64,000 bases of DNA from Trichoplax adhaerens (Eukaryota; Animalia; Placozoa), in NCBI RefSeq assembly GCF_000150275.1, contig NW_002060957.1:1166445-1230444 (forward strand), read 5' to 3'. Below the pieces are notes generated by a model. That model did not search any database and was not told the DNA's origin. It was given only the letters and a program-made list of their open reading frames with translations. Below are positions 39,201 through 53,139 of this stretch, one piece after another. Every line of letters starts with the position of its first letter. The stretch's first letter is position 1. The translations under genes were made by a program, and so were the position numbers.

Positions 39201-42200
39201 TCATTTTAGTTATATTTATCTTGCATTACTAGTGTTATAATTCATGATTGAGCTTGAATGGTTGGGTGTAATTAGATTATTTTTAGCGGCTACATAATTA
39301 AAAAGTAAACTTTTAATTATATCAGCTTTGTATCCATTTATTGGGCTATCAAGGTTAATTTATCCACATCATAATGTGGTTGGGATATAGGTGTCCTATT
39401 TTAAAAGAGTTAGGCGTTTTTAAAGTGGCAAAAAGAATTATAATTAATAGAAAGCCAATAGATAAAATCCTTGATATCCATAAATTAATGCATGAATCAG
39501 CGGCAGTAATGCTAATGGTACGATGCTATTTAGTTCGGTTTTACTTTCGTAAGTGCAAAGACTATATTTCAATTTGGAAAACCTAATACACGAGCGTATG
39601 ATAATAATGCGCTAAAGCATACTCGTACGAGTATCAAATGGACTTTAGTTAAATTAATGGTCTAATGTAGCTGGTGTTGAGATTAATTAAGGCTTAAAGA
39701 ATAAACCAAGATAAAAAAGTATCATAGAGCAGTATAAAATGAAACTCTTGGAAAATAAGATCTATTAATTCGTTATTGTATTGATGCATTTCCATTTATA
39801 GCAATTTCGTTACTCTTTTCTTGCTCGATATGTGGCCTACAGGATTTCTGACCAGTAAGGATTTACGCTGTTTGAATGTTCCAAATTGTGATTGATATCC
39901 TATACAACCTGTTTTCGACTTTATTGACCTAATGGGGTATTATTAATTTTTTTCTACAGGCGGTTCTTTCCTTTAGAACCGTTAGGTGTTGGAAGATTGC
40001 TATCTTATATGGGCTGGTCAGCAAGTGGTCATCAACTGGTATGATAGTTATTTCTAGAGAAATGTTTCCCTCTTTATAGGGCATTTTGAGTACTTTGCAT
40101 ATGCAATTTCGAAATTTTTCCGTAAGAGCATAGCTATCGAAATGAGTAGTAAACGAAGGAAACGTTAAAACCAAACTGAGAACAATTTTAGGATATAGCC
40201 TGAATGGATAGTGGTTGATTTGATCCGATTTGGTTTGTTTCATTTCTAGTCTTTTGTCTATAATAATGATGTTTACCTTATTCCGGATCCTGCAGTTGGT
40301 TCACCAATTCGATTTACTTCTGCTGGTAAACCTGGAGTTGTTTTCTATGGAGTACCTGATTGGATGAATGAAGGTATGGTAGATATTCAATTTAAGTGAA
40401 TTGCCAAGAAGAAATTTCTCTCTCGTCCGACATTATTCATCAAAATCAACCTTAATGCATTATTTGAGTACATTTTTGCTTATTGATATCAAGTTGATGT
40501 TATCTTCTATTTTATAGAACAAATATTAAGATCCAATAATGCAATTTATTGGTCCAAGAATAATGCTTACATTGCTTTCGGATTCTGGAATGATACTTTT
40601 GTTCGCCCTTCCAATCGATTACATTACAATCCCGGTCTGTCTTACGCGTCTGTTCATAATATTCGTTATCCAAAGGTAGGCATAGCGATTGCTGCTTTAT
40701 GTGTTCATGATGACATTATAGCCTTGATTTTCCTGCTCAGCGTCATACCCAGTATTCAGAATAGACGGATTCTAGCTAAATATTTTCGTCTTTTCCTTTC
40801 GTCACTATCTAATACTGGTATAAAATGTTTCCCGTCGGCATGTTTCTATAGTATTATATGTTGACACAGCAACTTACCGTCATTGATGGAATTATTATTT
40901 AAGTCCAGTACTAACTATTAATTAGCTAGAATCAGATCTTCACAGACATGATATGATCATTTAATCCTACATGTACTAAATATGGTAGTTTACCTATTAC
41001 AAAGCATCGTCAACTTGTAGCTATTTTTTAAATGATTTTAGATATTTTTAATTAAAGAGTTTTTAAAATATCGTATTTTGACTTTATTTTTGATACAGAT
41101 TTTATTCCTTACTGTCATCGCATTCTATCAATATTTCTTCACATTGAAGATAGTTTATTTGCTGCGTTTTCCGATCTTTTTCCTGATTTTTGATTTATTT
41201 GAAATGAGCTTTAAAATATCACATCTTGACTTTCTTTATTCTTTAATTAATATTTTAATCCTTATTATAATCGCATTCTGTCAATATTTCTTCACATTGA
41301 CGATAATTTATTTTGCATCTCCAGGTAGTATAGCTAAGTGTTATAAAGTGTAAAGTAGAGTAATCCTATCTTCTAATATAGCAAGCCCTAACTTGATTGC
41401 CGCCTTGTCTTTCTATTTTGCTAGTCTGGCGATACCAATCCTTTAAATCGTGTTATTGTTGCTAGCTCAACGAATCCTGCCAATGGTTTTGCGCTATCTG
41501 CTCCTGCAACTTATGCAGGGTAATAGAAATTAAACTGATCTAGGATAACTAGAACTGAATAGAAAATACTAAATATTACCTTTGACTTCTTATGGATGAA
41601 TTATTTTAATTTATTTTTTAGCCAATTTTACTTTACTAATGTCAATTGGGCTACAAATAACGATGTTATTATTACCTGGATGAATCGAGCCCAAAGTTCA
41701 ACTACGGATGTTATATGCAATGCTGTTACTAGGCAATGCCGTACTGTAAGTTTTCGGTTCTCTTGTAAACTGCTATTCTTGCGTTAATTTATAATTTATT
41801 GATATCCTATCGCCTATGCATCTATGGACTGTTTAGCTAAGTAAAACGGATATCACCAATGGCTGGGTTAATCCGTTCTATGTAAGTATTCTATACCATA
41901 AGATAAGAGTAGTTTAGTGATGTAGTCTATCTAGTAAGCGAATGCATTCTGCACCCGCTACAGTACCTAGTAGTAATAAAATTATTTTCTTATTATCCAC
42001 TTTTATCCATCGTGGCTCATATTGCCAGCCGGATCCAAAATTTAGTTCGGATGGCTCCTATTACTTGCAACTTCAACCTAGAACTGTTGCAAGCTCCGAA
42101 ACATATTATCATATTGCCAAAATATTTACATCGGTATGTAATTTTTTGGTTAGAAAAAGAATGAATTCTTAATCGTCGAAGATAAAATTGATAAAGGTTG

Positions 42201-45200
42201 TCGATAGGTAATCCGTAATTTTAGTTTTCTATGTTTAACCTTCATTTCTTGCAGAACGGCACTAAAGTCTGGATAACGTCAGGCAGTTTCCAAGTGACTG
42301 AGATTTATTCGCTAGCAGAAGCCAGAAATTTTGTGTAAGTGAACACCGCATCTGCCATCAATTTACAACTTCTTGTTATAGCAATAGAATAAAACTCGTT
42401 TATTGAAATCATTAGACCAATAAGTAAATGAATTTGAGTTTAACCAATGTACTAACAATAATTTTCATTGCCGTGATTTACTTCAGTTATTTCCAAAGCA
42501 CGGAATATTCACGTGTTACAAGACATATTTACAGGTAAATTTTCAACCAATTTCCACTCTCAATTTATGATAGATTGGATCTTTACGATATTCTACTTAA
42601 ACGATTTGAAAAATTGCTCAATAATTTCTTCTTATTCGCTTTTAATAACTCCATTACAATTTAGTGTAACACTAGATGGAACCAATGTCAGAACTTGTAT
42701 CTCATGCAATTTCAAAGCTTCTAGTAAGCTTCTTATTTATAGTTTGTAGTGTCTTGCTTACTGGATCAAATGGTCTTTAGTCGATGCCTATTTGTATTAT
42801 TTTGAGCTTGATTTGTCTGCTTTATGGAAGTTGATTATCATCAGTGTGAAATAGCCTTATCCAGAGAAGATTTCTAACTATTCTCATGACTATCAACTCT
42901 AGGCGTTTGTTCTTATTATTCAGCGTCGTTTAGTGCCCAAGCATCTTATTATATCCTCAACTGTTTAGGTAGGAATCCGCAAAAAAGTTAATTTTAAGGT
43001 AGTAAACACCTCTAAGGGTATCATTTATAACTACACTGTTTCTTTTCTTTGGTAGGACCAAGCATACCTAAATATTATTTGGTTGACGCTGTGGCTAATA
43101 AATGTAAGCTTTGGGAGGATTATCTCTGTATGACCTGAAATAAAATTTTTAGCAAGTTCAAACATGAATAATCTTGATCTTTATTCAACATTTATAGCTA
43201 CTGTTATGGAGGACAATCATGTTGTTTCTGAAAGACTGGCTAAGAAAGATTTAGCAAGCACCACGTTCTACACCTTTACTAGTGGTGGTTATGGTAAGAT
43301 TACTATATTGTTCTAATTGGAAATTTTGAAATAAAAATAGAGGAAATATAAACTGATATAACTGAATCTGTAAAATAAATAAAATGCAGTATTAATTCTT
43401 CAGTATCTCTATACTTATTCTACAGATATTAACGTGGTTGAATACCGTCCACCTTATTTTGATATAACAGTTAAATATCCAGTGATTATTTACATGTAAG
43501 TCAGACAGTTCGCTAAATGGCTGTCGAACTGAGGATGTTTAAATTTTATAATGTAATGCAGTATGCGAATAATTTATATTTTATAATACGAGCATGTGAG
43601 ATATATAGCATCTGAAAGAATACTAATCATGATGATCCTCTTACTAAACTTAGGGATGGAACACCTGACAGCTCTGTGGTAAGATAGTACACATTGCTAT
43701 TGCTACTAACTATACAGAAATAATTCTGTGACGATCGTTGCTACCAATGAATTATTTGTGTTCTACAAGAATGTGCTTAAAAAACATTCAAGAATTTATA
43801 ATCAAGGCTAATTAAAGAGTCTCCATATGACTATCTACAGTAATTAAGTTTAGCTCGTTTTTATGTCCATGAACATCATTAATTGATAGTGGTACATAAA
43901 GAAGATTAATAACTTTAAGTCCGTCTTTTGATTGAATGATCTAAATAACAAAATAAGAAATAAAGTAATTTAAATGTTCGTCATGATTAAGGTGGATACA
44001 CGATTTCAATTGGGCTTTATTCAATACCTTGCTTCCTCAATGAATATTATTGTGGCACGCATTGATCCGAGAGGTACAAAAGGAAGTCAGAGAAATGAGT
44101 ATGTATCTTATCATTAAGCTCTCAAATAACCTTTACACGCAATTTAAGACCTATAAAAACCAATGTCATTTCGTACTCCGTCTTTTATAGGTTTACCTAT
44201 TCCGTCTATCGAAGATTAGGATTTGTTCAAGTCCTTGATATTGAGAATTATGTCACGTAAGTACTTTTAGAATTCGTTTTGCATTGCCAACTATTTTGTC
44301 TGGTGTCTATTCTATTAATTATATTTTGTGAGATTAGTAGAAGATGTTAATATCTTAAATTATACTTTATAGTATATAGTGCCAATATACTTTTACCGAC
44401 TATTTATCTGCTATCCATTCTATTAATTCTATTTTGTAAGATTAGGAGAAGATATTAATATCTTAAGTTAAATTTTATACTGATATACTTTTATCGGCTA
44501 TTTATCTACTGTCTATTCTATTAATTCCATTTCGTGGGATAAGTAGAAGATAATAATTACTTAAGTTATACTTTATACTGATATACATTTGCCGACAATT
44601 TACCTGCTATCTATTCTATTAGTTCTGTTTCGGAGATTAGTAGAAGATGTTTATGTCTTCAGTTATCCTTTATACTGATTGACTTTTACCGAGTATTTGT
44701 CTGCTACCCATTGTATCAATTTCTACACTCTTATTTCATGGGATTAGTACAAGATGTAGATATCTTAATTTACATGAGGTGTTTATCAATTTTCCATATT
44801 AGGTATTTAAAGACGCAAGGTTACGTTGACACTGCCAAAATAGCAGTTTATGGCTGGGTATGTATGCCATCGAATAGCATAGATAGAAATTTTAAGCGAC
44901 TGATTCTACTCCTATCGTCATTGAGTAAAGAATTAAAAAGTACACATATAATACGAATTAAATGCTACTAAATAAATGGTATAAAAGATAGCTTGAAAGA
45001 CGGATTTGATTTCATGGGCGGAGTAAAATCAAACGCTTTAAAGCTTTAAAGTAAATATCACTGATAATAATATTATCCTAGGGATATGGAGGATATCTTT
45101 CAGCCATGACTGTTGGATCTGGTAAAGCCAAGGTAAAGTTGGGAATTGCAGGAGCGCCAAACACCAACTGGATATTCTATGGTAAGAAATTTACTTAAAT

Positions 45201-46772
45201 CAGATGCTCATTTAACTTGTAAATTATTTACTAGTCTATATTAATGAATGAAGGATTGGTTAATTTTAAAGCTGGTGGTATTTCGAAGCTAGGTTGATGC
45301 TATGAACCTAGTTTATAATTGCTTGACTTTTTCATAATTCTTTACTAATAACTTACAATTTATTCAATACTTCTCCGCATGTCACTTTTATTTACCGGAA
45401 GTGTATTTAATCTTTCTTATTCATGTTTGTCTAATTTTGAAATTTTTTTTTATCACTCGTTGCTTATTCTACATCTATGTTATAATTTTTTCATTGTATT
45501 TTAGTAATGACTAGATTTTTAGTCAAAAATAGGCACTACTAGTTTTAATGTGGAATCACGTTACTGCTTTATGCGATGGTTTATTCTATTCCTTTAGTTA
45601 AGAATTTGTTTCGTTTTCGATTTTATTCTGTTGCTATTCATTGGAATTCGTTTTGTTTTTCTACTGTTCGTTTTTGTTACTATCTCATTTCAATGGTTAA
45701 AGAATAGACGCAACTCCAAGTTATACATTCTAATTGCTTTACTGAGTTTTCTGATTTGTTACGCAGCATATGAACGACCAAAGTGTATCTATTCAGCATC
45801 AATCTATTTTGATCGTAGTCTTTAACCCTCTATTCTTAATTTAAAAGTGATTTTATTTAATTTCTATACTGAGACCGTGTTGTAAAGCTGTTAGTTAATG
45901 GCTATCTAATACATATGTTAATTTATTTTCTCAAATTGTGATAAATTCAATTTCTCAATAACAGATTCCGTCTATTCCGAGCGCTACCTCAGTACTTATG
46001 CTACTAATCGCCAAGGCTACGAGGTATGCTATTTTTCAAGTTTCATTTGTATTAATTACTTTAAAATTTGGCTTGATGACAACAGAAATGATATCCATAA
46101 GTAGCTGATATCAGTGCAAAATTATTCCATTCTGTAATCGTGGGTCAAAATGTTCTTCTTTATTAAGACTTTTGCTATTTATATAATATGGATATATAGG
46201 AGGCTTCGGTCCTGAATAAAATTAGCGGTTTTGAATCCTCCGATTTTGCCATTGTCCATGGTAGCTACGATGCAAATGTCCTATTTCAAAATTCTGCCAA
46301 TTTAATTAATAAGCTGCAAAGCGAGGATATTAAGTTTAGAATGCAGGTAATGAATCTTTGACATTGCATTGGGTGAATAAGCTAGGTCAAGTTTACTAAG
46401 CTAATAATATTATAAACAATAAATTACGTTATTTTCTGAAGTCATCCCATTATTGCTAACTTTATAAAGTGAATCAGGTCGTCTTGGCTATTTTATAATG
46501 CGGCAATGATATTTTGCTTCTTTGATGAGTAGATTGAGGAGCAATTTCTTACTGATCTCTTAGATTCAAAATCAATGTTTTGCAGTCATAGCCTTTACAT
46601 TATTCCTTCATCAACAAAGTTAATAAATTTATTTATTATCAATTCCCTTTCGTTCTAGACTTATATCAATCAAGGCCATGAAATTACAGACAATAAAACG
46701 ATGCATCATATGTATCGCTTTATTACCGAGGAGATTGTATCCTCCCTTGGCGTTCAAAATCCGATTCCATAA
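36232..46772 (+). CDS. DPP4-family (S9B) type II membrane protein, predicted catalytically inactive (DPP6/DPP10-like), ~28 exons
   Basis: Exon 1 36232-36255 (MKRRESEY, least certain). TM exon 37825-37945 (TIIWIVIALTILAIIATAVALVVVL). Propeller motifs QFRYSF, GWSASGHQL, GVPDWMNEEQI, IRYPKSG, TWMNRAQ. Hydrolase motifs KYPVIIYMDGTP, IDPRGT, IAVYGW|GYGGY (44803-44857, 45082-45181), YDSVYSERY, HGSYDANV (46200-46346). Last exon 46659-46772 TYINQGHEI...IP*. All introns GT-AG and in phase. Confidence 0.92.
41055..41325. repeat. Two diverged tandem copies (~150 bp) in an intron of DPP gene 1
   Basis: TTTAAAATATC...TCGCATTCT(A/G)TCAATATTTCTTCACATTGA occurs at ~41060-41147 and ~41210-41300. Confidence 0.8.
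44290..44772. repeat. Intronic tandem array, ~5 copies of ~100 bp
   Basis: A GATTAGTAGAAGAT-like anchor recurs at ~44332, 44440, 44538, 44635 and 44742. Confidence 0.9.
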
Positions 46773-47324
46773 GTAGTATTGAGTATACTTACTCACGATG
46801 GAAGTATACAATATACAAAAACTTCTTCATCATAAAACGTCTTCATCATACTCTCTAATCTGCTTATTATGTATGCGATCTACTTTATTCCATCCTGTTG
46901 GTCAACTGTTAGAGGCGTATCCTGCTAACTATTATCGTCGACACTTAGTGTTTCTGTTTCTTGCAAAGCCAAGATAATTATTAATTATGTTTAGATCTTA
47001 CATAAAACAATATGGATGATAATCCGGATAACATTTAATTTCATTAATCGAGCTTAAACTATCACTGTTGGTATAATTTAAGGCAAGCTTTTTTTGATAA
47101 CTTGGCTCCATATCATTTCTTGCTATCAATATGATGTTAATACCCAGATATTTCCTTAGTATTATGATTGTATTTTTGTCTACGTGTTTTCAGCTATTGA
47201 AAGTTTATACGTAAATAAGCTATGTTGAGTTGATTTTGTTAATTTGATATTTAGTTTAACAGTTGAAAAATATTTTTCCTATCAGTAATGGACTCATTCG
47301 ATGTTGATGTTAGTATGTTTATAG

Positions 47325-48525
47325 AATTCTATAGTTTTATCCTTCTAAAGCCGTCTTATCACTTATCGCATATCCGTATAAAATATCATTAAAAACGAGG
47401 AGTTGCAAAAAGGAAATTAAAAAATTGAATTGAATTGGTATAGCATGATGCAACCGTAAACTTGAATCATCCTATCGTATATTAATAGCAAAATGATTCT
47501 TTCTCTGAGTAATAACCTCACTAAGTGCCGATGTGAGTATGCCTAGGGAATTTTATAGTTTTACCTACCTTAAGCAATATCTTATTTCTTATCGCATAGA
47601 CGTACAAAATATCACTGAAAACGAGGTGATTTTAGAAAGGAAATGAAAAATTGAATTAGTATAGACTGATGCCAATGTAAATATGAATTACGTTATTATA
47701 TAGCAGTAGCAAAATGATTATTGTCTCTCAGTCATTGCCTCACTGAATGCTCACATTAGCATAGCTAGAGAATTTTACAGTTGTATCTGCCTAAAGCCAT
47801 ATTATTATTTGTCACATATCCGTACAAAATATCATTAAAACGAGGCATTTTTGAGAAAGGAGTTGATATTATTAAGAAAGGAAATGGAGAAACTAAATTT
47901 GAATTAGTATAGCATAATGTCCATGTAAACATGAGTTACTTTATCGTATTGCTGTAGCAAAAAGGTTCTTTTCTATCAGCAATAATCTCACTGAATGTTC
48001 ATATTAGCATAGTTAGAGGATTCTATAGTTATATCCGCCTCAAGCTGTCATATAGCAATAGCAATTGCTACCGTCCAAGTACGAAATCCAGTCATATGTG
48101 TTTTGATGTGCTATGTTTTTCATTCCTGTGATTGGCCGGGCAATCCTGGCCAATCTCAGGAATAACCGGCCAATCTCAAAAATGATTCGCGATATTATTT
48201 GTCGCATATCCGTATGAAATATCATTAAAACGAGGTATTTTAAGTAAAAAGTTTACATTATTAAGAAAGGAAATAGAGAAACTAAATTTGAATTAGTATG
48301 GCATGATGTCCATGTAAACATGAATCACTCTATCGTATTGCAGTAGCAAAGTGATTCTCTTCTATCAGTAATAACCTCACTAAGTGTTCGTATTAGCATG
48401 ATCAGAGAATTCAATAACTTTATCCGCCCAAAGTTGTCTTATTACTTATCGCTTATCCATCTAAAATATTATTTTTAATTGAAAACTAGTCATTTTTAGA
48501 AAGGTAATGAAAAATTGAATTCAAT
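47325..48525. repeat. Intergenic diverged tandem array, ~5 copies of ~220-250 bp
   Basis: An ATATCCGTAYAAAATATCATTAAAACGAGG-like anchor at ~47370, 47597, 47816, 48207 and 48455. One unit carries a ~140 bp insertion. Confidence 0.88.
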
Positions 48526-51500
48526 TGTAGTCAAGTTTAGCCGGCTAAAACTCTTGTAAGATTGTTATGTTGACCATCATACATCATCAGAAATGCGTAA
48601 CTGGTAGGGGTCATAATTGGGCCATGGTAAAATCAACAAAATAGGGTTGTAAATCATATGTAGTTCTCTACTACCGGTATAGAATGGATAATGTAACTTT
48701 TTCAATATTGATCTGAAAGGCTAGAGTGATTATGCTCGCCTTTTGAGGCTAACAGAGGTCAATAAAGCATGACTGGCCTATTAGTGATTTCCACTTCATA
48801 GGGAAGATTACTTCCACCTTCTGATCGAGTTGCGGATAGCCAAGACATCTCATAGAATAATGAACCTGGGGTAATGCTATCCCTAGCTGTCATAATCATG
48901 TTATTAATTACTTTAGGAATTCTCTGTCTAGACTTTCTACGTGATGCAATCGAATGCCATGCTTGATAGTCACCACGCTAAAATTGAGAGAGAATATGGT
49001 CTATCCAAGCTGACTGAAACCAAAATGAGAGAGATCGTTGAGTCTATTGGATGGGCATGATGGATTCCATTGGCTTTCGAGCTGTATTGATTTATCTGCC
49101 ATATGCTGTTACTAGAGTTCATCTTGACGTAATGTAATCTATTTCCAACTTGAATAGCTTGCTAGAGTCCAGATGAATATTCTACTTGTGCACCATGATT
49201 CATTGTTGACATAAAGCAGTAGGCTCCGCCTGGCATCACAAGACTGAGTTCAATAGCAAGAAATAATGCTGATTGTTGATGATCCATATTTCATCCTAGC
49301 TCATTTATATTGGATCAGGGCTTGGTACAAGCTTTGTTTTGACAACCTAAGCTATTGTATTGATATTATTGATTCAATAATCGCATAATTTGCTGCAGCA
49401 ATCCTAAGCCAAGAAGATCCAATTTGAATATAATTTCATCAACAAGCTCCGCCTTGCATTATTCAAAGTTGATTTCTTATCCCTATTCCAATTAAGCCAA
49501 TCATTATCGAGATCAATCCAGCCTATATGATCTCCTTCATCTTGTCATTTCATTTCATCTTGGTGTGTTTTCATGCACGCAAGCCAGCAGGAAGTTTTTC
49601 AATTATTCAAGTATCTTGGCTGAAATTTTTTTCAACATGGGGAAAATGGTAAGTCATGATAGCCTTGCTGTCCAACTTGCTGATGGCTGGCGATCATTCT
49701 ATCGTTAGCTGTACATCTAGAATACAGTAGTATAGGCATTTTAATTTCATTTTGATATCCTTTTTTCTGATATTTGGTGGGATTAAGTATGCGTAGATTG
49801 ATGAGTACTGCATACGGATTAAAAAAATGCAATTGGATCTGTATTATGAACATCTTGAAAACTAGAAAGAATCAACAAGGCGTTCTTCATCAGCCGTACC
49901 AAGAATGGATATTAGTCATGATCGAGCTCTGTTTCCCGTCCAATTGATGACAATGTTTATTAGGCGATGATGCATTGAAATGATTCTCCATAATCATGGA
50001 AATGATGATGGAAAAATAAACCCTAAAGTGATGAGCGCTAGCGCACTACCTTGTCGTAGCTACCGTAACAACCAACATCAAGAGGGTCATGCATAAATTA
50101 TTAGAAGAGAAATTAATGGGCAAATTATTTTTAGCCTACACAGTAATCGATGAATTTCTGAATTAAAGGATGATGTAATTTTGCAAATTCATCATCACCC
50201 ATTCTACTTGCACTACTCTTTGTGCTTGGGATTCGATTGTCTTGCTTTGCTATGTCTTCTACTTTCCATTGCGACAAGGATACGGTGGACAGGGACGCCG
50301 TTAAATATACATTCAATCGCCGGCACCCAAACTAATCGGCAGCCCTAACTGCACGGATAAGCCGATAGATGAAAAGACTTATAAACTGCTTTTAACTCAT
50401 TATACTGTACAAGAAGAAGGCATCGATGATTCATAAATGCATTACTTTTGTGCTTAGGATCAGATTGTACTGCTTTCCTTTGTCTTCCATTTTCTATTGC
50501 GACAAGGATACAAAATACCTATATCGTTGATTTTGAAACCGATCCATGGCTTCCAAACCAATCGGTAGTAGTACAATTTGACTTGATATTTATAACTCTT
50601 ATACAGTACGTCTCGTGAATCTGTAGATAATTCTTGAACTTTATCAGCTTGAGTTTTATTATCAAATTATGCGTTCAATGGAAATTATCGCTCATCCTAT
50701 CATGAAAATGATGTAAAAAAAAAAGCGATCAACACAATCACTGTTTCGTTTTCTAGCAATCTTGACGAATGACTTTAGGAAATGCTTTAAGGATGATAAA
50801 ATGACATTGTAACCGTTACGTTAACAAATGAGAAAATGATGCTAAAAAATCAATCGATGCCATTTCATTGGGTATTTCCTCATCCGTTTGTCATAGGTAA
50901 TAGCTCACTTAGATTAGGTGGAGAAAATTAGACTAATCCTTTCAGTAGAATGAAAAATCATCCTAGTCTTATATCATCCATGATGATAGGAAATCCAGTG
51001 TTCAAATTGACTTCAACTTTTACTTTTTTAAATACTAACATTAAGGCTGGAAATTCTCATAACGCTCATTCTGTGCGCATCGATCGCCTAATGGAAATAT
51101 TCCGATTTACTGAGGCTCGATAGGATTATACGCGTATCGCATTCTATAAGGTAGCAAATCCGCTATTGCAAGACTCTGAGTAGTCTGCTTGAAAAAGTTT
51201 TATTTTCTACTGGGATAAGACGGATTTCATGCTATTATTACCACACATTACATCATCAAAATCTCTAGAAGAAGATGATAGGGCCGAGTCCACCATTTTC
51301 TAGCCAATTCTGATTGATGTGCTTGACGTCTGGATAGGATCAAGGCGCGTCGTACTCTTTTTTTAAGAGTTCATCTCCCTAATTCAATCATGATTTATTT
51401 TGCTAGCTCATGTTACTATAATGAATTTAATTAGACCAACAACTATCCTAATTATTCAATCATTTTATATAACGCTCGATCCATTTTGTAATCCGTGTAT

Positions 51501-52102
51501 CTTAGCCATGGCAATAAGAATCAAATTGCCAGGTATTGCTAGCATTTTGACAAGTAGATGGTCATCCACGACAGCAAGATCGAGTTTGGATAGAGTCATG
51601 ATGGCCCTCCGCACTCCATTGGATTTAATTGCATTATCCATTTCCTCATTGAGTCTTATTACTTCCGTCTAGGTAAAATAGACGGTGAAAAGAAACTTGA
51701 AGCTTACTTTGGTCTGTTTGATAAAATATTATGACCGTATTCTAGCCTGCTGGCATCATCAAATCTATTCACACCTGCCAAGATTATTTTATTTTCTTTT
51801 AAATTGCTCGCCATAGTCTATAAAAATTTATCTTGAACAATCAATTGATGTTCGATTTGATTATTGGCCATTTCGGATCGATCAACGCATAGCTACCCTT
51901 ACTATTATATTCAAGGCTTAATTGCTTTGCATCGATATAATGCATGGATAGCTTTCCGGTCCTTAATTAATACTATTACAATACTAGATTAATCACTGAA
52001 CTGCTTTCTTTCGATTTAATGCGGGAATAACTTCCTAGCCCTGAATGCTATGAGAATACTATATTAATGAGGGAATTGCTTTGTATCCACCTTATGCTTG
52101 GT

Positions 52103-52118
52103 GGGGGGGGGGGGGGGG
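52103..52118 (+). repeat. G16 homopolymer
   Basis: 16 consecutive G. Confidence 0.95.
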
Positions 52119-53139
52119 AATAGCTTCCTTCTACTTGTGGATATAAATAGTAGGACTACAAATAAGTTCTATTCCTTGATAATTTATAACTATTTTTTGC
52201 TTTTCCATCGATATTTGAAATATGGATTGTCTAGATGAAATGGATAATGTCAGTTATGACCGAATTGCCTAGTATTAGCATATTGTTTTGGAAATTAGCT
52301 GTCTTTCGATCGATATTTGAAACATTGATATGCCCAGATAAAATGAACAGTAATTTGGAATTTGTTAAGCGACGTATTAATCTCTCAAGCTTGGCTGATA
52401 CCGTAGCTCCATGATGATTTTTTTTTATACTATTTAGCGGTGATACTGTGATTGTTACTTGATCACGGCATTCTATGCCTAGATATTAGTAGCAGGAATC
52501 GATGAGGGTTCTAATACTTAATCGATGGATAGCTTGTCCAATTTTTTGGGCCTTTTCGGTTGATATTTAAGCGATACTTTACTCTCTCAAGTCAAGCTGA
52601 TATACTACATCTATACTAACTACATCAATATTCATTTGGAAGATCTCTTATAGCACTTAATTTGTTCTTAGCTTTGACAATATCAATCATAGTAGCCTTT
52701 CATCGTAGCGAATAGAAATTAGCTTTTTTTTCAGAAGAGTACTCCTACTCTCTTCTTGCCTTTTACGATAGCGATTAATAGTCGCGTTTCATTTGACGAA
52801 TAGACAGCAGCATGATCGCACAGCATCTTTCGTACAATTTCTTCTTCTTATTATTGAATCAATCATAATCATAGTCATGGTTGATCCTGCTTTATTCGGA
52901 GAGAAGCTGTAACGATTTGATATTTAAAACCGCTTAGTTTGGATTTATACTGTGTGTCGAATGTAATCGTCTACAATTTGCTGCTTCTATCAATACTTTT
53001 AAATAAATGAATAAATCAACGTACTCTCACTTTCCGAAACATGCATTCCTATTTCTATTTCACCGTGATCTATCAACATAAGCTGGAATACTATTTTTCG
53101 GCTGGGAACATACCCGATCGATACTGGCAGCCATCCAAT

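Noticed and set aside
36232-46772. DPP gene 1 as a pseudogene
   Set aside because: About 28 exons splice in frame with canonical sites and no premature stop. The notable losses are at active-site residues.
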